A stretch of DNA of 32,000 nt, from assembly GCA_965250005.1 (NCBI GenBank), contig OZ252279.1, forward strand, positions 1,050,001 through 1,082,000, written 5' to 3'. A program made the translations under genes and the position numbers. Below, piece after piece: positions 1-8,895 of the stretch; position 1 is the stretch's first letter; every line of letters begins with the position of its first letter. This DNA comes from Demequinaceae bacterium. Its GTDB lineage: Bacteria > Actinomycetota > Actinomycetes > Actinomycetales > Demequinaceae. The notes below the pieces were generated by a model, which worked only from the letters and a program-made list of their open reading frames with translations, was not told the origin of the DNA and did not search any database.

Positions 1-4
1 GCAC

Positions 5-931
5 GTGCCCTATTCTCCGCTCGCCCTAGCCGCGCTCGCGTCGGTCGCCGTCCCGGGCCTCGACGTGTACGACGTGCTGCGCAGTACGCCCGCCGACGCA
101 GACTACGACGTTGTCGTAGTGGTCGACGCAACGGGAACTCGATGGACCGTTCGCGCGCCACGGAGCCCCGCAGCGGGCGCCGCACTGGAGGCGGAACTAT
201 CTCTGCTTCACGCCCTCGCGGCTGCGAGCGACACTGGTTCTCTGAGCTTCGCCGTCCCTCGGCCGGCGGGGACTGCGCCAACCGAGGATGGTGCTAAGGC
301 GATTGTCTACGAACAAATCCGTGGCTCGCGGCTCAATCTTGCTGCGCTCGAGCCTGGCCCCGGGCTAGCCGCGTCGCTCGGTCGCTCAATCGCGCAAATC
401 CACGAACTGCCGGCCACCGTCATTGAAGACCAGGGCCTGCCGGTTTACACGGCGGATGCGTACCGCGAGCGGCGACTCGCGGAGCTCGACGCCGCGACCC
501 AGACGGGGAGAATTCCGCCTTCGCTCGCGGAGCGATGGGAGAGTCAACTCGAGGATGTCTCGTGGTGGCGCTACGAGCCGACCGTGGTTCACGCGAACTT
601 CAGCGAGCACCGCGTCATCGTGTCAGACGGGATTGTCGCTGGCGTACTGTCGTGGATGGATGCACGGGTCGCCGACCCGGCGGACGATTTGGCGTGGCTC
701 GTCGCCGCCGCCCCTGACGATGTGCTCGATTCGATCGTAGAGGCCTACCATGGCGCGCGCCGTGAGCTGAGAGACCCTCACTTGCTTGACCGCGCGAGAC
801 TAGCGAGTGAGCTCGCGCTCGCGCGGTGGCTGCTCCACGGCGTGCGTACGGAAAGTGCGGATGTGGTGGATGACGCAATCGGCATGCTGGCCGACCTCGA
901 GGAACTTCTGGCGGACCAAGGCCAGCCGTAG
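5..931 (+). CDS. APH-fold phosphotransferase-like protein (aminoglycoside/macrolide phosphotransferase family), possibly catalytically impaired
   Basis: 308-aa ORF with GTG start. C-terminal TVVHANFSEHRVIV...GVLSWMDARVADPADDLAWLVAA aligns with the APH Brenner (HGDxxxxN) and following (LDWxxAxxGDPAxDLA) motifs. Confidence 0.75.
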   Translation: MPYSPLALAALASVAVPGLDVYDVLRSTPADADYDVVVVVDATGTRWTVRAPRSPAAGAALEAELSLLHALAAASDTGSLSFAVPRPAGTAPTEDGAKAIVYEQIRGSRLNLAALEPGPGLAASLGRSIAQIHELPATVIEDQGLPVYTADAYRERRLAELDAATQTGRIPPSLAERWESQLEDVSWWRYEPTVVHANFSEHRVIVSDGIVAGVLSWMDARVADPADDLAWLVAAAPDDVLDSIVEAYHGARRELRDPHLLDRARLASELALARWLLHGVRTESADVVDDAIGMLADLEELLADQGQP

Positions 932-955
932 GACTTCAGTTCGACGCACTCGGTT

Positions 956-3900
956 CTAGGAGCCTCGCGCAACCAAAGCGAGAATCTCAGCCTCGTCTAG
1001 GAGCCGCTCGGGAACGACGGTCTCTCCACTCGCAGCGTAGAAGAATGCCGCGTCGACATCCTCAACCTCAAGTCCGCGCCACTTTGACCATGCCAGTCTG
1101 TACGCCGCAAGTTGGACCTCGCGCGAAGCGAGCTCTGCAGGGTCGGACGGCGCGCGGCCCGACTTCCAGTCGACAACTGTCTCGCGATCGAGGCCACCGC
1201 CCGCTGGGAAAACCGCGTCGATTCGCGACCGGACTGTCACTGGCCCCACCGGCACTTCCACGTCCACCTCTACGTGCGTGGGCGTCCGAGCCGCCCACGG
1301 CGACGCCAAGAATGTTTCCTGTAGTTCAGTTAGATCGAGGCCGTCGTCACCCGTGGGGCCGAAGTCTTCCTCTGCAAGCAGGGAACTATGGCCGAAGTGC
1401 GCCTCGATCCACGCGTGGAACGCACTACCGCGCTGGGCCGCAACGGTTGGCTCGACCGGGATCGGGCGCCGCAGACTCAGGGCGAACGCATCGCTATCGC
1501 GCGCGATCGCCACGAGCGCGGTAGATGACAGGTGCGCGGGCATCTCCACTTCGTTGACGCGCTCCGCCCGCCTCGCCTGTTCGCGCAGGATCGCCTCGAT
1601 CTCCATTTGTAGCGGGAGACCTGTGTCTCGAGGTCCTGCCGCAATTGCATCGCGCACCTCTTGCGCGAGTTCCCGGCGCGATCGCTGCGTATCCGTAAGC
1701 GCGGGCGGCCACGACACGGCCGCCTGTGCTTGAGGCTCGCGGCGATCGTCGTTTGCGGGTTGCGCGGCCCAGGCTTCACGGTTGACGAGCCCGCTCTCTA
1801 GAAGCTCGGCGACGTAAGGCGATTCCCGGCGAGGCTGCAGTCCGTCACCCCACCACGCCCCACTGAGGATCACGTGGCTGCGCGCCCGCGTGATCGCCAC
1901 GTAGAAGAGGCGTCTTTCCTCCGCGACCCGGTAAGTGCCTGCCTCCCGGCGGAAGTCCTCCAGAATGGCGCGATAGTCCGCGAATGTTCCTGCCTCCTCC
2001 CATGGCCACTGGGGTAGGTCGGCGCTGTCCTGGCGCAGCGGCCACGGTACCGAGCCGGATTCGGATAGCCACCCCACATCGGCGTGCCACGGGCGCTTGT
2101 CTGTGGGCACCGATGCCTTGGGGAATGCGCCGTCTACCAGGCCCGGAATGGCCACGACGTCCCACTCCAGTCCCTTGGCAGAGTGCACCGTCTGGATCTG
2201 AATTGCCTGCGGGTCGGGTTCAGCGACCGGCGCGTCGAGCCCTCCCTCCTCCTCGCGCGCCGCAGCAAGCCAGGCGAGGAACGCTCCGAGCGTTGCGCGC
2301 TCGGCACTCGCGGCGAAGGACCGCGTCGCCTCGACAAACGTGTCGAGCGCGCGGCCTGGCGCAGCGGCCGCGCGACCGAGCGCGGCCTCGATGTCGAGCC
2401 CCCAGGCGCGGGACGCAAACGTCACGAGGTCAGGTAGCGACAAGTATGTGTGGGAGCGGACGCCCGCGACAACTTCACGTAAGTCCATCAGCCGAGTGCG
2501 CGCGGTCTCGGAGATGCCGCGGCCGTTGCGGGACGACCATCCCGCCCTGGGTAGCTCCTCGAGCGCGTCGACGATGCTCGGCTCGACATCTCGTTCCGCA
2601 TGTGGACCCGCAAGCTCCTCAGACCAGTCCCCGAGCGCCGCCAGGTCGACAATTCCCAGCGCGACTCGCTCAGAGGTGAGCAGTCGCATCAGAGAATCGC
2701 CGCGGCTAGGGTCGTGCGCCACCTCAAGTAGCGCCACGAGATCCACCACCTCGGGGATGTCGAGAAGCCCCCCGAGGCCAACAACCTCGTAGCCCACACC
2801 TCGCTCGCGCAGCGCCGCCACAAACGCCGGAATCTGGCGCCGAGCGCGGCACAGAATCGCGGCGGTCACGGGCCCTGTGACAACCCTGCTCGTATTCTCG
2901 AGTTCGGCCCGGCTAGCCAGTAAGTGCTCAACCACGCCTTCGGCTTCGGCGTCCAGATCCTTGAAAAAGTGCGCGATCACGCTCGCGCGCTTGCGCTCGG
3001 GCTCGGCCCGACCGAGCTCGGCGCCCTTGGACCGCAGCGTCTTGACGTCAACACGTGTGGCGCCACGCAGCGGGGCCGACGCCGCATTCGCGACAGCGAG
3101 TACGCCAGCCTCATTCCGCCACGAGACTGACAGCGAGAATTGTAGAACCTTGCGCGCGCCGCCAAAGCGATCAATAAAACCGACCAGAGAGCTCGCCGAG
3201 GCCCCGCGAAAACCGTAAATCGCCTGGTGTGGATCACCCACGGCCATCACCGGGTGATCGCCACCGAACACGTCTGAGAACAGAGTGAGCTGCCCGCTCG
3301 ACGTGTCCTGAAATTCGTCCAGCAAGACAACGCGATAGCGCGCCCGCTCAACAGCGCGTACTGTCGACAATTTCGCCAGGTCCCCCGCCACGGCGACTTG
3401 ATCTGCAAAGTCGAGATACGAGCCAGCTACCTTCCTGCGGACGTACTCATCGATGACCGGGGCGAGTGCGGCGCGGTTCCGGAATACCAGGGCCTCTTTC
3501 AACATGGTCCCCGTGGCCTGGCCTGCCGGCTTCGACGCTGTTGACGGCATGACCTCGATGCTGTCAGCGATCGCGTTGCAGAGCCCGGCCATGTCTGCCG
3601 TACTCGCCCCATGGTCAGCGAGTCCTGCCGCGAGTTTGTGAACGGCGCCCGTCACTGTGCTGACGGCCGCGCCGGATTCAATGTCCGCGGTCCAGTTCTC
3701 CACAACTTGAGAGGCGAGCTGCCACAGCGACGCGTCAGACAACACCACCGAGTCGGGATCAACTCCCACTCGAAGCCCGTGCTCTTTGACCAGACCCGCG
3801 GCGTAGGAGTTGTACGTGGCCACCGTGGGTTCGGGCCGGTCTGGGTCGTTCCCAAACACACGCAACACTCGTTCCTCAGCCCGCTCGGCGATCTCGGCCG

Positions 3901-4195
3901 CTGCCTTGCGCGTGAAGGTCAAGCACAGGATTTGGTCCGGCGAAATCTCTCGACCAAACAGCTCCTTCGCGTGGTCAAGCAAGTAGACGATGCGCATCGA
4001 TAAGGTCTCGGTCTTACCGGAGCCCGCACCCGCCACCACGAGCGCGGGGCCAAGTGGCGCGCCAATCACCGCTTGTTGTTCCGCCGTGGGCAGACGATCC
4101 GGGTCGATCAGGGCGGCGAGGTCCGCCACCGATCGCGCTTGGCCAACTACGACGCCCGGTGCCGGCTCGCGGGCGTCCGTAAGCGCGCTGCTCAT
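956..4195 (-). CDS. adnB: UvrD-like helicase with C-terminal PD-(D/E)XK nuclease, AdnB-type subunit of double-strand-break resection motor-nuclease
   Basis: Walker A GAGSGKTET, LTFTRKAAAEIAER, LLDEFQDTSSGQ, QTVHSAKGLEWDVVAIPG, C-terminal TVVDWKSGR...EVQLAAYRLAW. Start MSSALTD at 4195 gives an ATGA overlap with the upstream gene; the track start at 4261 is probably too long. Confidence 0.9.
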   Translation of the reverse strand: MSSALTDAREPAPGVVVGQARSVADLAALIDPDRLPTAEQQAVIGAPLGPALVVAGAGSGKTETLSMRIVYLLDHAKELFGREISPDQILCLTFTRKAAAEIAERAEERVLRVFGNDPDRPEPTVATYNSYAAGLVKEHGLRVGVDPDSVVLSDASLWQLASQVVENWTADIESGAAVSTVTGAVHKLAAGLADHGASTADMAGLCNAIADSIEVMPSTASKPAGQATGTMLKEALVFRNRAALAPVIDEYVRRKVAGSYLDFADQVAVAGDLAKLSTVRAVERARYRVVLLDEFQDTSSGQLTLFSDVFGGDHPVMAVGDPHQAIYGFRGASASSLVGFIDRFGGARKVLQFSLSVSWRNEAGVLAVANAASAPLRGATRVDVKTLRSKGAELGRAEPERKRASVIAHFFKDLDAEAEGVVEHLLASRAELENTSRVVTGPVTAAILCRARRQIPAFVAALRERGVGYEVVGLGGLLDIPEVVDLVALLEVAHDPSRGDSLMRLLTSERVALGIVDLAALGDWSEELAGPHAERDVEPSIVDALEELPRAGWSSRNGRGISETARTRLMDLREVVAGVRSHTYLSLPDLVTFASRAWGLDIEAALGRAAAAPGRALDTFVEATRSFAASAERATLGAFLAWLAAAREEEGGLDAPVAEPDPQAIQIQTVHSAKGLEWDVVAIPGLVDGAFPKASVPTDKRPWHADVGWLSESGSVPWPLRQDSADLPQWPWEEAGTFADYRAILEDFRREAGTYRVAEERRLFYVAITRARSHVILSGAWWGDGLQPRRESPYVAELLESGLVNREAWAAQPANDDRREPQAQAAVSWPPALTDTQRSRRELAQEVRDAIAAGPRDTGLPLQMEIEAILREQARRAERVNEVEMPAHLSSTALVAIARDSDAFALSLRRPIPVEPTVAAQRGSAFHAWIEAHFGHSSLLAEEDFGPTGDDGLDLTELQETFLASPWAARTPTHVEVDVEVPVGPVTVRSRIDAVFPAGGGLDRETVVDWKSGRAPSDPAELASREVQLAAYRLAWSKWRGLEVEDVDAAFFYAASGETVVPERLLDEAEILALVARGS

Positions 4196-7100
4196 CGGGC
4201 GCTCACCTGCGCGCCCTCGGGTTGCGCTGGGCAGCAACGTCGAAGCGGGCAACGGTCGCAATGGTCCCCCGGCGTCGCGTCGAAGCCCGCTGCCGACATT
4301 GTCTGGACCACGGCCGCCAACCGAACAAGTGTCGCCTGGTCGTCGATCGGTCCCTGTTTTCGATCAGGGACCTTCGCTGCCGCCGTGCCAACGAACACGA
4401 GTTCCGCGCCCGTTGCCGCTGTGACGCCGTCCAGGCCACCGTGGTTCGCAGCCAGTTGGTACATCGCCAGTTGGCCGTGCTCTGCGACCTCCCCGCCCGG
4501 GACGGCCTGCTTGCCTGTCTTGATGTCGACGATAACGGCCTCGCTTCCCGTCACGTGCACCCGATCAGCTTGTCCTGACAGCGTCGCCCGGCCCAACTCC
4601 ACGCGGAATGGTAGTTCCGTCAGCACCTGGTCGGCTCGGACTCCACTGAAGTAAGCCGCTAGATGCCGCGCCATGCGAGACGCGCGCTCCCGTTCGTGGC
4701 GACCCACCCACGTGTCGAGCGTGCCAATCTGGTGCCAGCGTTCGTCCAATGCCTGTTCGAGATCCTCGGCCGAGCCTGTCGGGTGGGCGGCGGCGACCTC
4801 GTGAACCACGTTTCCGAGCACCTGCGCGCTGCCAGATTCCGCAGATCCGCCGACAGACTCAAGCGACCACCGCAACGGGCACTGCTCAACGGCATCCACG
4901 CGGGAGGGAGAAACGCGTACGCGCTGATTGGCCCCCCAGAGAACACCATCCGTCGACCACGGGTGAGCGCCGTGCCACCAGCGCGGGTCCGCACCAGGCG
5001 CACCGGCGAGCGCCAGTCGAGCCAGCATATGCGCCTGGCCAGCCCGTTTCGCGGGAGTCAGCTCAGCCGCCGCCCGACGGAGCTCCACGACGGCGTCGCG
5101 CAAGTCGGCGACTCCGCGAATGTCGCTTGCCTGCTGGCGATCGGCACCGGTCGCCGCTTCAATCCACGAAATGTACCGAGACGGCCGCTCGTCCTCTCCA
5201 TCGAGACACGAGACGATGAGTTGGACCCGCGCCCGCGTCAGAGCAACCAGGAGCGCTCGGGTTTCGTCAGCGAAAACCGCGGCCCTCGCGCCTGCCGCGA
5301 GTTCGGGCCGGGAAGCCTCCCCTGCGGGCGCGCGAGGAGCCCGACCGGCGACAACATCGGCAAACGCCTGCGCTCCGAGCACAGAATCGCGCAGGCGGAG
5401 GTTGGGCCACACGCCCTCCTCCAGTCCACACACCACAACCACATCCCACTCCTGTCCAGCGGCATGGACTGGAGTCACGAACGCGACTGCGTCGCCCCCG
5501 CGCGCACGTGCGGCTAGGGAATCAGCGGCGAATTCTTGCGCCGCCACGTAGTTGCCAAACTCCGCTGGCGAAGCCTCGGGCATCCGCTCTGAGTACTGCT
5601 GCGCTGCGCGCATGAGCGCTATGACGGCATCCATGTCCGCGTCGTCTCGCGCGGAACCCGCGAGCGCCCCTGCACGCCAAACCTCGGCAAGGCCAAACCG
5701 ACTCCAGATGGCCCATAGGATCGCGCCGGGAGTCGCATTGACCGATGCTGCCGCGCGGGCGCCAGCCCATGCCGCTCGAGAAGCAAGCGCCGCCCGCGAG
5801 GCCTCGGCGCCTGCGACCGTCACGAGCCTGGCAGGGTCCTGCATCGCCTCGGCCAGCAGTTGGTCCGCGGCACGCGTTCCGCCGCCGTCGCGGTCTTCCC
5901 GGACGAGTGCACGCCGGAGCCGCCGCAGCGCAACGGCATCGAGCCCGACAAGCCTGGACGAGAGCACGGCGGCGGCGGCATCCGCAGTCCAGGAGGTGCC
6001 GACCGCAACGTTAAGCATGGTGAGCAAAGGCGCGACCGCCGGTTCGTCCCTCAGCGCCACGCCGTCGCCAGCGAACTCACATGGGATTTCTGCCGCCACC
6101 AAATCGCCGCGAAGCGCGCGCAGCTGCTCGCTGGTGCGCGCGATTACGGCCATGCGGGACCACGGAACCCGCGCACCATCAAACCCCAAGTTCAGCGCCC
6201 GGAGCCTGGCCGCAATTGCCCGCGATTGTGCTCGTCGCTGCGGTGCGACGATCACCTCTACAGCGGCGCCATTTGCGCCGTCAGACGGACGGCGCGCAGA
6301 ACCTTCCTCGGACACGGGAATGCGCGACGCGACCGTTCTGGCGAGCGCCGCAAGCCCCGTGGGTTGACGGTGGGATTCTCCCAGACGCAGCAGCGAAGCA
6401 CCGAAGCCTCCCGCAGGCTCGGGAGCGAGCGCCCGAGCCAGCCGGAATGGCACCGCTCCTCGATACCCCTGGACTGATTCGTCCGCGTTTCCGATCGCGA
6501 CGAGCCGGGCACCTCCATCTACCAGGGCGGAGATCAACGCCCACGTAGCGGCCGTCGCATCTTGCGCGTCGTCGGCGACAACAAGCTTCCACGACGGCTT
6601 GCGCACGCCGCCTGCAGGCCAGTCCTCCAGCAAGTCGGCTGCCGCCGCGACCACGCCGGCCGGGTCATACCGTGAGCCCTGGTCACCCGGCAGGGATCGG
6701 AGTGCCATCACCTGCTCGTATTCGGCGTAAACAGCAGCCGCGCCCACCCATTCCGGTCGGCCAGCGGTGCGGCCGGCGTCGGCGAGCTGGCCGGGCCCCA
6801 CTCCAGCCTCGACCGCACGCATGAGCAGGTCTCGCAGCTCGTGACGGAATCCTGGCAGCGCGGTCGCTTTCGCGGGGACCACGCCATCCCAATTGGGCTG
6901 CGCACCGAGGCCCCGCTGGTGCCCGTCCAGCAGCGCGCGCAGAATCGCGTCCTGGTCGGCTCCGGAGACCAGCACAGGCCGAGGCATCCCGTCTGTCTCG
7001 GCGCGCGCCAGCAAAATCGAGAACGCAGCAGACGCAGGGGTGCGTACGGACGGAACGCCCGTGGGAACGCCCATCGCAAACGACACGCGGTCGCGCAGCG

Positions 7101-7341
7101 ACTCAGCGCCCTGGCGCGTGGGCGCGAGCACGAGGACGTCTTCAGGCTTGACCCGGCGTTCTTGCACCTCCGCCGCCGCGAGAGCGACCGCGACCGCCGT
7201 CTTGCCACTGCCTGCTTCGCCCACCACCACAACGTGGCCCGCGCGCGAATCCGCTACATGCGCCACCACAGCACGCTGCGCGGCGTCGAGATTGGGCGGC
7301 TCCGAGGGCGCGGGAGGCGCAATGAGGCGCGAGGTGGTCAT
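4192..7341 (-). CDS. adnA: UvrD-like helicase-nuclease, AdnA-type subunit
   Basis: Walker A GEAGSGKTAV, LLVALTRARVQLI, nuclease motif VIVDIKTGK...HGQLAMYQL, Cys set (EQCPLRWS ... DHCDRCPLRRCCP) suggesting an Fe-S cluster. Start MTTSRLIAPP at 7341 avoids overlap with the upstream gene. Confidence 0.88.
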   Translation of the reverse strand: MTTSRLIAPPAPSEPPNLDAAQRAVVAHVADSRAGHVVVVGEAGSGKTAVAVALAAAEVQERRVKPEDVLVLAPTRQGAESLRDRVSFAMGVPTGVPSVRTPASAAFSILLARAETDGMPRPVLVSGADQDAILRALLDGHQRGLGAQPNWDGVVPAKATALPGFRHELRDLLMRAVEAGVGPGQLADAGRTAGRPEWVGAAAVYAEYEQVMALRSLPGDQGSRYDPAGVVAAAADLLEDWPAGGVRKPSWKLVVADDAQDATAATWALISALVDGGARLVAIGNADESVQGYRGAVPFRLARALAPEPAGGFGASLLRLGESHRQPTGLAALARTVASRIPVSEEGSARRPSDGANGAAVEVIVAPQRRAQSRAIAARLRALNLGFDGARVPWSRMAVIARTSEQLRALRGDLVAAEIPCEFAGDGVALRDEPAVAPLLTMLNVAVGTSWTADAAAAVLSSRLVGLDAVALRRLRRALVREDRDGGGTRAADQLLAEAMQDPARLVTVAGAEASRAALASRAAWAGARAAASVNATPGAILWAIWSRFGLAEVWRAGALAGSARDDADMDAVIALMRAAQQYSERMPEASPAEFGNYVAAQEFAADSLAARARGGDAVAFVTPVHAAGQEWDVVVVCGLEEGVWPNLRLRDSVLGAQAFADVVAGRAPRAPAGEASRPELAAGARAAVFADETRALLVALTRARVQLIVSCLDGEDERPSRYISWIEAATGADRQQASDIRGVADLRDAVVELRRAAAELTPAKRAGQAHMLARLALAGAPGADPRWWHGAHPWSTDGVLWGANQRVRVSPSRVDAVEQCPLRWSLESVGGSAESGSAQVLGNVVHEVAAAHPTGSAEDLEQALDERWHQIGTLDTWVGRHERERASRMARHLAAYFSGVRADQVLTELPFRVELGRATLSGQADRVHVTGSEAVIVDIKTGKQAVPGGEVAEHGQLAMYQLAANHGGLDGVTAATGAELVFVGTAAAKVPDRKQGPIDDQATLVRLAAVVQTMSAAGFDATPGDHCDRCPLRRCCPAQPEGAQVSAR

Positions 7342-7394
7342 GCCCTTATCCCACCACTGCACAGCGACATTCGCCCGAGGGCGCGGCGAACCCG

Positions 7395-8333
7395 CTACGG
7401 CTCTGATTCCTCCGGCGCGGGGTTTGGCCATCCGTTCGGCGTGCACGGCGCAACATCAACAGCGTGGTCCTGCATCACCGATGCTTGCTGAGACGCGCCA
7501 GGGCACTCACTGTCCTCCTCGCCAAGGATGTGGCCGACAAGATGATTGAGAATCCACGCCCGAGAACTGGCGCGGTCGTCGCCGAAGCCGTCGTATCCCG
7601 CCGCCCAGTAATAGACGTTCACGACGACTATCCCCTGCTCTGCGCAGTTGGGCGGAGCCTCTGGGCTCGGGCTGGGAGACGGGGTGATGGCGGTATCTGC
7701 GGGGCTTGGAGTCGCGCTCGGCGGGGTGAGCGCGATCTCGACCGCTTCGATTTCAATTGGTCGCGCCTCGTGCGGGCGTCCGCAAATCTGCCCCGCGGTC
7801 TGCGGAGATGCGAACAGAATCCTGATGTCAGCAGCGCCATCCGTACGCCCAAAGGACATGCGACCGTTCGCGCCCCAGCCCTGCGAGTCGTTCAACAGGT
7901 TCATCGCGTGACCGCTTACCGCGTTCGTGGACAGGGGAAGGTCTTCCTCGACTTCGATTCGCACCCACCGCTCAGACCCTTCGCCTCGAGGCTGATCGAC
8001 ACCGGGAACCACCAGGAAGTTGCCTGTGGTGACGATTGGAATGCTGAGAGACGTGAGCCCGGCAACCAGATCGGCAGAGTCAGAGTCCCTGTCAATATCC
8101 GGATATGGTTCCACGGGAATCACGGGGCCAGGCGACACAGATACCTGGGGTGTTGGGGAGGCCGTGGAGCTCGGCTCGGGCCGCACCGCCGAGATGAGCG
8201 CGGGTACATAACCAGTGAGCCAGCCCGCCCCAATCCCAATCCCAAAGGCCGCAAGCATGATCCCGCCGACGATGTACCACGCTGGGATCTTCCTTCCTCT
8301 CAGCGAGAAACCGCCGCGTTTGCCCATGTCCAT
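7395..8333 (-). CDS. DUF3152-like membrane-anchored/secreted protein (zincin-like fold expected)
   Basis: N-terminal TM helix (WYIVGGIMLAAFGIGIGAGWL), Pro/Ser/Thr linker, C-terminal RAWILNHLVGHILGEEDSECPG...ASVMQDH...CTPNGWPNP matching DUF3152 layout. ATG at 8333 (MDMGKRGG) preceded by TATCGT-N6. Confidence 0.75.
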   Translation of the reverse strand: MDMGKRGGFSLRGRKIPAWYIVGGIMLAAFGIGIGAGWLTGYVPALISAVRPEPSSTASPTPQVSVSPGPVIPVEPYPDIDRDSDSADLVAGLTSLSIPIVTTGNFLVVPGVDQPRGEGSERWVRIEVEEDLPLSTNAVSGHAMNLLNDSQGWGANGRMSFGRTDGAADIRILFASPQTAGQICGRPHEARPIEIEAVEIALTPPSATPSPADTAITPSPSPSPEAPPNCAEQGIVVVNVYYWAAGYDGFGDDRASSRAWILNHLVGHILGEEDSECPGASQQASVMQDHAVDVAPCTPNGWPNPAPEESEP

Positions 8334-8381
8334 CCCCCTACGATAGTTCGTAGCGACCGCAACCCCATCCAGGAGGACCCC

Positions 8382-8600
8382 GTGGAGATCAGGATCGGCA
8401 TTCAGCACGTATCACGCGAGATAACCCTTGAGACGGACGACTCAGCCGACGCTGTGTCCAAGGCTGTCTCAGACGCGATGAACGGCGCGGTGCTGGAACT
8501 CACGGACACCAAGGGTCGCCACGTCCTCGTGCCGTCCGCTTCACTCGCTTACGTTGAGATCGGCGAGGAGTCCAAGCGGCGTGTTGGCTTCGGCGGCTAG
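8382..8600 (+). CDS. DUF3107 family small protein (72 aa)
   Basis: GTG start at 8382 preceded by AGGAGG at 8371-8376. Product VEIRIGIQHVSREITLETDDSADAVSKAVSDAMNGAVLELTDTKGRHVLVPSASLAYVEIGEESKRRVGFGG is typical of DUF3107. It lies inside the longer track ORF 7464..8600, whose upstream part is antisense to the DUF3152 gene. Confidence 0.85.
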   Translation: MEIRIGIQHVSREITLETDDSADAVSKAVSDAMNGAVLELTDTKGRHVLVPSASLAYVEIGEESKRRVGFGG

Positions 8601-8606
8601 TCAAGC

Positions 8607-8735
8607 TCAAGCGGTCGGGAGCGTTCCGGACGCCATTTTGTCGATGTTCGCCTGCGCGTGGAAGTCGTCGCCGTCGGCGAACGGGAGTTTGAACGCCGAC
8701 GCGAGGCATGCAACCAACCTAGAACGCGGGCCCGG
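8607..8735 (-). pseudogene. Fragment of a gluconokinase (GntK) gene
   Basis: Minus-strand translation in one frame reads RLVACLASAFKLPFADGDDFHAQANIDKMASGTLPTA*, matching the GntK segment ...LPFxxGDDLHPxANIxKMxxGxPL. The P-loop and all later sequence are absent. Confidence 0.65.
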
Positions 8736-8895
8736 GACCTCCGCGCGGTACACTGGAGTCGACCCGAGGTTGCCCGGTCGTCATGTGTAGCGCGGTACCG
8801 CTGAAGATAGCGATGAGCCGCGAAGTGGATGATTCGCGATCGGCTACCCGCCGAATGGCGCATTCTTGCGCAACGAATCAAGGAACACACCACTC

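Noticed and set aside
1984-2679. 231-aa plus-strand ORF inside adnB
   Set aside because: Arg/Pro/Ala-rich shadow ORF opposite well-supported adnB.
7464-8381. Long N-terminal extension of the DUF3107 ORF
   Set aside because: Antisense to the DUF3152 gene; the real start is the GTG at 8382 with an AGGAGG SD.
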